This document shows, piece after piece, positions 1 to 8,100 of a stretch of 35,472 nt of DNA. The notes beneath the pieces are model-generated. The model saw nothing but the letters and a program-made list of their open reading frames with translations, did no database searches and was not told where the DNA came from. Origin of the DNA: Marinilabiliaceae bacterium (GTDB lineage: Bacteria; Bacteroidota; Bacteroidia; Bacteroidales; Marinilabiliaceae). Position numbers and translations under genes: made by a program. The stretch spans positions 1 through 35,472 of the forward strand of contig JAOZOF010000005.1 of assembly GCA_029933425.1 (NCBI GenBank), read 5' to 3'. Position 1 is the stretch's first letter; each line of letters opens with the position of its first letter.

Positions 1-243
1 TTATTTGATGTTGAAGTAAATGAGGATTTATTTGATGAATCGATTTCTTCTTTAGGTATTGAAGGTCAAAACACTCCTGCTTATTTGTGTCCGGCAGGAT
101 TAAAACGAATGGCGGAAGATTTTTTAAAATTTCCTGAGCAATACAAAACGAATATTGAATTCCTTAAAAATCAAAATTATCCATTTAGAAGTGGTGTAGA
201 TTTTTTGGAAAATGAAATGAACAATATAAAAACCAGGATTTAA
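1..243 (+). CDS. 3' end of an unidentified protein-coding gene (partial, runs off the left edge)
   Basis: Frame 1 is open from base 1 to the TAA at 241-243 (80 codons, LFDVEVNEDLFDE...NNIKTRI*). No motif recognised. Confidence 0.4.
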   Translation, partial: LFDVEVNEDLFDESISSLGIEGQNTPAYLCPAGLKRMAEDFLKFPEQYKTNIEFLKNQNYPFRSGVDFLENEMNNIKTRI

Positions 244-375
244 CCAAGTAGGCTGCCGCTTCCGTTTTTCCACCTTTGCCGACGTACAGGCAAGGCAGAT
301 GCGGCAAACAGGGAAAAACCCACATGTATAGAAACTAATTTCAGTACAATAGCTGATCTTTAACTTACAGGAACA

Positions 376-1365
376 ATGAAAAATAAAAGTTTAATTACAC
401 TATTAATTTTAGTTTTAATTATTGCTTATAGTTGCGTACAGAATAAAGAATTGAAAGATTCCAATAGTAACATATCCTGGATAAGGTTTAAATGGGAAGG
501 GGATTCTATCGGTAACAAATATTATAAAAAGTTAGCCATGTTCATTCCGTTCAAATTAGAGAACGTACCTTATAAATTCACTTCTCAACTTGACTTGGGA
601 GCACCTGTAACAATGATCTACGGAAATACCTTTTCACCCTTATTGGTTAATTTCCCTGATATTGCAAAGAAGCTTGATACGATAAAAACAAAATATGTTA
701 TTCAAGGAAAAAAAGTCGGAGGTTTTAATAACATTTCCTTTTATCTTGACACTGTTTTGTTTAAAGATCAGAATGTAGCCTTTTTTAAAGGTTTTGGCGA
801 TACATTGTCAAAAAGTAATTTTAAAAAGGATACCACAATACACATTGGTACAATAGGTTCAAATTTGTTCAATGAAAAAACATTGATCATTGATTTTAAG
901 AAGAAAAGACTTGCAATCTTGGATTCATTATTAAATAATACAGAAAATAAACTGATCGATATTATCATAAAAAACGGGCGAATTAAAGTGCCAATAATCA
1001 TTAATGGAGAAAAAGTGTATGTTCTTTATGATACCGGTTCAAGCTTTGCTTCTCTGTATTTATCAACAAAAAACTGGAACAGATACAGAGATACCACTTC
1101 AACTTTAGATACATTAATGGCAACAGCATGGGGAACAGAATATCCGTTACTTATTTCGAAAACAAATATTGAAATTAAAATAGGTGATTTGATCTTCAAA
1201 CCTGAAACCATTATGGCAAATGATCTTGATCCTTATTATAATTTTTATAAGAGAGAAAAAATAATTGGTTTGATGGGAAATCTGCTGTTTTATAATAAAA
1301 TACTTATAATTGATTTCAAAAATAAAAAGTTCGGACTTATAAATGAGGGGCAGCTAATCGAATAG
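376..1365 (+). CDS. Putative lipoprotein with a retropepsin-like (clan AA) aspartyl protease motif
   Basis: 329-codon ORF. The N-terminus MKNKSLITLLILVLIIAYSC looks like a signal peptide ending in a lipobox-type Cys. VLYDTGSSFASLY (around aa 219) fits the D-T/S-G-S/A aspartyl protease signature. An upstream QLDLGAPVTMIYG looks like a degenerate first copy. The gene is very AT-rich. Confidence 0.6.
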   Translation: MKNKSLITLLILVLIIAYSCVQNKELKDSNSNISWIRFKWEGDSIGNKYYKKLAMFIPFKLENVPYKFTSQLDLGAPVTMIYGNTFSPLLVNFPDIAKKLDTIKTKYVIQGKKVGGFNNISFYLDTVLFKDQNVAFFKGFGDTLSKSNFKKDTTIHIGTIGSNLFNEKTLIIDFKKKRLAILDSLLNNTENKLIDIIIKNGRIKVPIIINGEKVYVLYDTGSSFASLYLSTKNWNRYRDTTSTLDTLMATAWGTEYPLLISKTNIEIKIGDLIFKPETIMANDLDPYYNFYKREKIIGLMGNLLFYNKILIIDFKNKKFGLINEGQLIE

Positions 1366-1567
1366 ACGGTAAATCTCATGAACCGGCCACGGAGGGTCAG
1401 TCAAAAACCGGATGCTTTACAGCAATCTCACCTTACCTGACTCCGTATCGGACAACCGGTCTCCAATTTCATAAATAATTACTACTTTTAGGGGGCAGGC
1501 ATAGTCCAATCCCTTAACACCAAACCACATCCACACAAAAAATCACTCAACACAAATACCCTAATCC

Positions 1568-2341
1568 ATGAAAAAGTCCAATCTGTTCCGGTCAATTATA
1601 ATAATTCTCACTTTTCTACTGGCCGCATATGGTAATGGTTTATTAAGCAAAGTCACAGATATCTCCATAACCTCAGGAGTGGGCAAGGTCGTGTATTATT
1701 ACTCATGGTGGGTAATTCCTGTTATCATCACAGTTGGGTTGCTATTCGGGTTCAGGAATATCCTCAAAGAACTTCGAATTCAAACAGGTTTTTTAACGGG
1801 GTTGGTTTTTGCCTTTATCACTGTGTTACCGATGTTCATAAGTTCTGCAGTTATCGGTAGTATTGACAAAGAGTTGACTCTTACCGATCTGCTGCATTAC
1901 ACCGTGATAGGCGGTTTTATGGAGGAATTACTGTTCAGGGGATTTTTATTCGGAATACTGTTCCGAAAACTGAACTGGGGATTCATTCCGGCATCGCTGC
2001 CCGGAGCGATCATTTTCGGACTTGGACATCTGTATCAGGCATCCGACCCCGTGGGAGCATTCAGCATCTTCATGGTAACTTTTACAGGAGCATTATGGTT
2101 TGCGTGGTTGTTCATTGAGTGGGAAGAGAATCTGTGGGTGCCAATATTACTGCATATTTTCATGAATCTCTCATGGACACTGTTCAATGTTGGCGAAAAT
2201 GCGGCAGGAGATCATGTAACAAATATTTTCAGGGTCATAACCATTGCACTGACTATTGCAATTACCATAATCCGTAAGAAACGAAAAAAGATACCGGGAG
2301 GAATAAACAAAAGAAATCTGATCGTAAATACTTCTATCTAA
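1568..2341 (+). CDS. CPBP family (CAAX/Rce1-like) intramembrane metalloprotease
   Basis: 257-aa polytopic membrane protein. It carries the hallmark GGFMEELLFRGFLFG (EExxxR) motif, followed by GLGHLY and LLHIFMN histidine motifs in later helices. Confidence 0.85.
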   Translation: MKKSNLFRSIIIILTFLLAAYGNGLLSKVTDISITSGVGKVVYYYSWWVIPVIITVGLLFGFRNILKELRIQTGFLTGLVFAFITVLPMFISSAVIGSIDKELTLTDLLHYTVIGGFMEELLFRGFLFGILFRKLNWGFIPASLPGAIIFGLGHLYQASDPVGAFSIFMVTFTGALWFAWLFIEWEENLWVPILLHIFMNLSWTLFNVGENAAGDHVTNIFRVITIALTIAITIIRKKRKKIPGGINKRNLIVNTSI

Positions 2342-2611
2342 AACAAAATAATAACCAAAAGATTGAACACTTTAGATCAGTATGGATCACGCCTCATACA
2401 TACTCGATCATTCAGAATTCTATTAATGCTAATTAACAATGCATTTTGTAGTTAAATAATTTGCAAACAAGGACTCATTTTTGTATATTTATGGTTGCTC
2501 TCGTTCCAAACATGGGGGAACGTAGTAGTAATATAGTTGGCTGTTTTTCGAAAGAAATTCGTACTTTACACGGAATAAAGAATAAAATCGGCGTGACAGT
2601 TCAACAGGAAT

Positions 2612-2640
2612 CCCGAAGATCACTTCGGGTTTCTTATTTT
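2612..2640. terminator. Intrinsic terminator hairpin between convergent transcription units
   Basis: The stem is cccgaag (2612-2618) paired with cttcggg (2623-2629), with a 4-nt loop atca. On the + strand it is followed by tttcttatttt (2630-2640). On the - strand the same hairpin lies immediately after the stop codon of the 213-aa gene but has only a weak U-tract (auuccuguug). Confidence 0.55.
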
Positions 2641-3280
2641 ACACCCCTTGAATTGAGCTAACAGCCTCAGCAATTTTTATGGCATCACCTTCTGGTGAAT
2701 CGCCTGAGATCTCCATTTCAACCAGAATCCCGGCCTCCGATCTTTTTAGTGCATTTTCATAGATACGGTCGTAATAGGTAAGTAAAAGCGAAACCGCTGT
2801 TTCATAATCCTGTTCCATTATTGAGCGTCGGATACGGCGATATTTTTTTGGATTTAATTTATGTCTGATCTTTGATGCCGCATTCAATAATTTATCTACA
2901 GGATGTTCGGAATAAGTTCTGATAATTCGTTTGATACGTTTTTCTGCAGATACAATAAGAACTATCATTTTCCCTCTACTCATCTCATTCATCAACCAGC
3001 CGGGTATCTGCAGCCGGCCAAGATAGTTTGATTCATATTCGACCCATACAGGTCTGTCAGGGTGAAATGAATCAAGTCTTTCCTTTATTGCTTGTTCAAA
3101 AACCTCCTGTGAAAGCTGTTGTTTACCACCCAGTCCGCCAAACACCGATCCGTTATGTTTTGCAAGAAACTCCAGATCGAGCACCTGCTCTCCCTTGTTT
3201 TGCAGACACCTTAATATTTCCGATTTACCGGAGCCTGTTTTTCCAAAGATCAGTAGAAATTGCAGTTGCCCTGATTTCAT
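2639..3280 (-). CDS. Stand-alone P-loop protein homologous to the C-terminal domain of tRNA 2-selenouridine synthase (SelU/MnmH/YbbB); no rhodanese domain
   Basis: Walker A GKTGSGKS is encoded at 3221-3244. Four strings match my recollection of the C-terminal half of E. coli SelU. VLDLEFLAKHNGSVFGG corresponds to VDLEGLARHRGSAFG. QQLSQEVFEQ corresponds to QPQLSQASFEN. WVEYESNYLG corresponds to VLEDESRMIG. LLLTYYDRIYE corresponds to LLEEYYDPMY. The protein is 213 aa versus about 360 aa for full-length SelU. Its start overlaps the stop of the upstream gene by 4 nt (ATGA at 3277-3280). Confidence 0.8.
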   Translation of the reverse strand: MKSGQLQFLLIFGKTGSGKSEILRCLQNKGEQVLDLEFLAKHNGSVFGGLGGKQQLSQEVFEQAIKERLDSFHPDRPVWVEYESNYLGRLQIPGWLMNEMSRGKMIVLIVSAEKRIKRIIRTYSEHPVDKLLNAASKIRHKLNPKKYRRIRRSIMEQDYETAVSLLLTYYDRIYENALKRSEAGILVEMEISGDSPEGDAIKIAEAVSSIQGV

Positions 3281-5127
3281 TTCTTTTTGATCTCAGAAGT
3301 AGTATCAAACCTTAAACCGCTTGATCCCTGTCCGCGTCCGGTACGTTTTCTGCGGCCAAACCACGTAAATATACTTCCGTTATACCATCTTGCTCTTTGA
3401 AAAGTAGCCATGACCTGAACACCTGCCTTTGGCACTTCTTCCTCAAAAATATCGTATGGCGATTGTTGAGTGTCATCATCGTTCAAACCATATCTCAGAA
3501 TGTCTGTTCTTGGCCGGATCTGCCCCGGTGACAAAGGATACAACTGTTTAAATGTTCGAGGCATTGAAGCCCGCCGCAATTTTATGGCCCGGTTATCGTT
3601 CCCGATATGAACAGGAACAAACGGGATCCAGTTTTCCGGAATAGTACTTGCCAGTTGATATTTTAAAACACCATCCAGATGTTCATCATCTTCATCCTCT
3701 ACAGAATAAAGTTTCTTCAGGAACTCTGTGAGTTCATAAGATGTCTGATGACCATCCATACTTTCACCAAGCATATCCGGAATACGGTCCTCGACTGCCC
3801 AAACCATATTGGCCATTTCATCACGAATGAATTTAACCATCTCTACAGGATCACTTTCATGCACTTTTGTCAGTACCGGAGGGAAGAATATCCTGTTATC
3901 AATTTCCTGTTGTGTTCCCGACGCACCTGCTATGGTTGTAAGGCTGAACATGTTCCAACGGCTCCAGTCATTCCGGACACCTTTACCTGCAGCCTCAACC
4001 AAAGTTTTCTGTCCAAAACTGTCAGTTACAACAATACCTTTGATCTCCGACAAAGAACCTACAGGAACATCATATGGCACAATAAACCAGTTATTACCGT
4101 AAACAAGAGCAAATTCGGTAATAAGGATCTTTGCCAGGTTCTTCTCATCAGCTGAGATATTACCCAGATCGATCGCAGCATCTTCAAGTTCCCACCATCG
4201 TTTATTGGGCATACCACCAAACTGTGCAGCCGCCGGAATTACGGTCAGGGTCCTTCGTGAACGATAAGACTCTTCCTCCTCCGGAACTATATCTCCAAGA
4301 CCGTCAGGAGGAATATTTTTATCGATATCGAAAGAATACCAATCAAGACTACCGGAATAATACTCATTTGCCCTGAGCACAGTGTTTTCACCATCTTCAG
4401 GCAGGCTGCAGGCAAACTGATATTCAAGCTGGCTTGGATTCCATGACTTGTTATCTTCACCATCAGGATAATAGTATAATTTCTCAAACCATCTGATATA
4501 CTTATCAATAGCGGCAACAGCATTTTGATGATCACTACCGGTCAGATCATCAAAGAACCTGGTCATCACATCCAACCTGTTCTCCATCAGATCGTGATAA
4601 AAAACAGTACCATCCATCGCCCGTTCGTTAGCCGCATCCACAAACTGCATTGCTTTATGATTACTTAAAAGCCTGGCTTTAGCCACAACCTCGTTAGCAG
4701 GATCATCCTCTTCTATCTCCGGCATAACAACAGGATAAGCATCGATAAAATCATGTTTAAGATCACCCGGAAGACCTGCTGCCCCCATTATTCTGAACCA
4801 TTGACTGCCTGTTTTCACCTTTGTTTTGTAATCGAAACGAATAGTATCGGCTTCCACTTTTGTTTCAAGAGGAACATTATCGGCATAAGGTACCGCAGGA
4901 TCATCACCTGTTTGAAACTTCGATATCGTAGTTGTTTCCAGTGCAACCTTCACCAAAGTAGCCGAGCCGGTATCTTCACCCTGAAATTCTCCGAACTGCC
5001 ATTGCCGGCCAAGCATCCAGAGAGGGTCATATATTTCGGCCCTCAGCACATTGTCAAAGTCTTTTTTGCGAGGTCTGACCTCCATCCTGTTCCAGGAGCG
5101 TAACGGTTCACATTGCGAATTAGCCAT
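3277..5127 (-). CDS. Giant-operon protein D (616 aa), unknown function
   Basis: Uninterrupted 616-codon ORF starting 11 nt after the stop of the 2296-aa gene. No signal peptide. Distinctive strings are DPLWMLGRQWQFGEFQGEDTGS (encoded about 4969-5030) and NKRWWELEDAAIDLG...FALVYGNNWFIVPYDVPVGS. The C-terminal tail is basic (GRRKRTGRGQG). Confidence 0.88.
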   Translation of the reverse strand: MANSQCEPLRSWNRMEVRPRKKDFDNVLRAEIYDPLWMLGRQWQFGEFQGEDTGSATLVKVALETTTISKFQTGDDPAVPYADNVPLETKVEADTIRFDYKTKVKTGSQWFRIMGAAGLPGDLKHDFIDAYPVVMPEIEEDDPANEVVAKARLLSNHKAMQFVDAANERAMDGTVFYHDLMENRLDVMTRFFDDLTGSDHQNAVAAIDKYIRWFEKLYYYPDGEDNKSWNPSQLEYQFACSLPEDGENTVLRANEYYSGSLDWYSFDIDKNIPPDGLGDIVPEEEESYRSRRTLTVIPAAAQFGGMPNKRWWELEDAAIDLGNISADEKNLAKILITEFALVYGNNWFIVPYDVPVGSLSEIKGIVVTDSFGQKTLVEAAGKGVRNDWSRWNMFSLTTIAGASGTQQEIDNRIFFPPVLTKVHESDPVEMVKFIRDEMANMVWAVEDRIPDMLGESMDGHQTSYELTEFLKKLYSVEDEDDEHLDGVLKYQLASTIPENWIPFVPVHIGNDNRAIKLRRASMPRTFKQLYPLSPGQIRPRTDILRYGLNDDDTQQSPYDIFEEEVPKAGVQVMATFQRARWYNGSIFTWFGRRKRTGRGQGSSGLRFDTTSEIKKK

Positions 5128-5138
5128 TGTGTTATTTT

Positions 5139-8100
5139 TTAATCGTTATTTTCTGTATTATTTTCTGCAAGATCGAACATACCAAGTTTCGCCAATTCGT
5201 CACGATATTCGTTAACAACGGGATATTCGCCAAGAACAGCAGGAAGAACCTGCGTAAATATTGACTTATCGATATGTTCAGGCTCAACCAACCTGGCTTT
5301 ATACAAGTCCATAGTATCAAGGATCGTATACGCAAGATCGTCCCATTTCCACCAGCCTGTTTCTTCCGGCGGTACGGCAAGCAGCATACTTTGCGGCGGT
5401 TCGGCATCGGGCTGATCGTAATTGAAAGTAACGCCGGTAGTCTCTTCCTTTTGAGGAATGACCTCGATCCACTCATCAATGAGTAATCCGCATGTTCTAC
5501 TGCCTGAAGAACCGGCAATCAACTGATCTTTATTCAAAACAACCAATGAAAGTTTATCACTTTCCGGCTCATATTCCTGTGGATATTCCAGACCCAACCA
5601 ATAATCTGCAACTTCTCCGCCATCAACTGTCTTAACAGTCTCGTAAGGCAGTTGAACAGGAGTATATTCAGGAAAATGATTATCAAACAGCCGGGTCATC
5701 GTACTTACCATCTCTACCTTATTTACCCTTTCCCTCACCTTGGCAATGCTTTCAGCCCATGCATCCATAGCGAACTCATCAGCATTTCTCAGTAATCCCT
5801 GTTCCCTGCCAAGCCCGAGTATCTCTGCTAATTCTTCTCTATTACGCAGTGTAAAATGCGGCACTACAACAAAATCTTTCCCGAATAATTCCCCGGCAGC
5901 ATCTTTCAGACTGTTAACTTTTGTCATGTCTTCCAAACGGTCATCATACCCGATAAAGGCATCTGCTTTATTTGCTTTCACTATCATCTCCTTAAGTACA
6001 CCGACAGCCTGCACAGCAAGCGTTTTTCCATTGCCGCTGCCGGGATCATCAGGAACAGTGCCCTGTATGCCGAAATAAAAAGCTTCAAGAAGTTTATCAT
6101 TCAATGTATTGATCTCATCTTCGGTATAAACAGCTTCTTTAACTTCATTTACATCGTTCACATTTATTCCTTTACCATCAAATACTGATTGAATATCATC
6201 TCTGATACCGGAAAATTTCGAATAAGCTATGTTCGTTCGTAACATTAACTCATCGATATCCAATTGCTGCAAATTCAGATCATCGGGTACATTACTACCC
6301 GGAATAACATAGTCTTCAGCAGTTGTATGCCTCGATCTTGTTATTGTTTCATACAAACCGTTAAACAAAGGCATTACTTCATTAAATGTTTTAATATCCG
6401 GAGTAAGTGTTTCTGAGTTTTCAACCAAATGCTCATTTCTGTCTTTAAAATGAATATTTAATGTTATATCAACAGGAACAGACTGTGAGCTACGCACCTG
6501 ATACGCAATCAATTTATTAAGAGAATCGTCATTATCCTTTTCTGTAGAATTAAGGACATAAAGAGCATCGATCGGCTGAAGGCCAAGATCAGATAATCGA
6601 ACAATGTATGAATGCTCTGCATCATCCTGCATATAGGTAACATAACACCTTATCAATGAAGGATCGCCAATAATATTACCTAACCATTTGTTCAAAGAGG
6701 GTTCAGCAAAAGCCCTTGGGGTCAGAGCCACATTTCCCCAGTGCTGAGATATTGCTGCCGAAGGATCGGACTCAAGAAGTGATGATGACACTGTTTCCAG
6801 CTGAAGTACCATCCGCTGCGTAAGCACATGACCTGTTCTCGGAGTATTTACTATCTGAACTTCCTGCGGCACACGTCCTTCGGATAAAGCTGCAAAGACC
6901 GCAGCCGACCGTACATGATTACCCTGTACAATATGGTATACACTTTCCGAAAGCAACAGGTCACCCATAGCATCAAAAGCATTGGCCATTTCATCTATCT
7001 CTTTCAATATGGCCTCAAACTGTATATTGGTTATATTAGTATTTGGAAAAAGATCAGACTTAAGCTGTGACATGTTCGATCTCTCCAGTTCATAAAACGA
7101 ATCGGCTGATCTTAGTGCCTCTTCCCCCAGTAACTCACGAACTGACTCTAAAAGCTCCAGCCCGTTAACCACATGCATCAGATTCTTCTCTTCATTCTGA
7201 TTAATTGCTGTTCCACTGTCAACATCAGGAACAAGCGGGAATTTCCTCCTCAGATCATAAATGTATTTATCCAGCTCAATTCCCTGAGCAAGATAATTCT
7301 CATGCAATCCGCGTTCGAACTGATAGCCGAGCAGTGCACCTGTTTCCTGACCATTGCGAATGCCCCCTATCAATTTCAGCGCCATCCTGACCCTTTTAGA
7401 GGTCAGATTTACCGCCATGGCATTGTTCATGTCACCGGCTCCGCGGTTTGCCATGTAACCACCGCGTAATATGGCGGCAGTCATAGCATGATTGATAGAA
7501 GGAGTATGAATAAATCCTTCATTATCCTCATCGGTATAAACGATCTTGTTGTCATTTTCTTTAAGCCTATCGGGCAGGTCAACGGCAGGTTTTCTTTCAC
7601 CCCCGGGTTTCAGGTCTTCAAGCAAACCGAATGCCCCAAGGTAAATACCTTTAGGTGCCGTTCCTTTTCTCATCTTATCGAGACGTTTATTGGCAAGACC
7701 CAGTTGCCAGGCATCAAAACGATAAGTACACAGATCCAGGTGTTCGGCAAAAAGTCTTTCAAGAACACTAACAGGTAATTCATTAAGTTCAAGAAATTGG
7801 TTTTTAAGCTGTGTGACCTTAACAACATTAAGATCGTCTTCACGTAACTGGTATAAATAGTCACCCATTGACCAGTTATGAGATTTGATATGTTTCCACA
7901 ATTTATTATGTTCCCAAACTCCCTCACCTGCAAGCGGGAAATGCTCAAAGACCCTGATCCCGTCACTCATCATATTTTCCAGATCAGATAACCGTCTGAA
8001 CAGATAATCCCATTTTGTAAAGATTACATCATTACCATCAGGCCCGGGAATAAGATATGTTCCTTTTGAACCTGCCCTTCTTCGGGTATTTTCATTGATT

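Noticed and set aside
2461-2661. 66-codon + strand ORF (MQTRTHFCIFMV...).
   Set aside because: It starts at TTG, runs through a terminator hairpin and into the convergent gene, and its sequence is not protein-like. The region is better explained as non-coding or an sRNA/3' UTR.
6021-6041. GSGNGKT in protein C resembling a Walker A P-loop.
   Set aside because: The spacing is G-x3-GKT and the motif is preceded by Pro, so it does not fit [AG]-x4-GK[ST]. No Walker B or other NTPase motifs follow.
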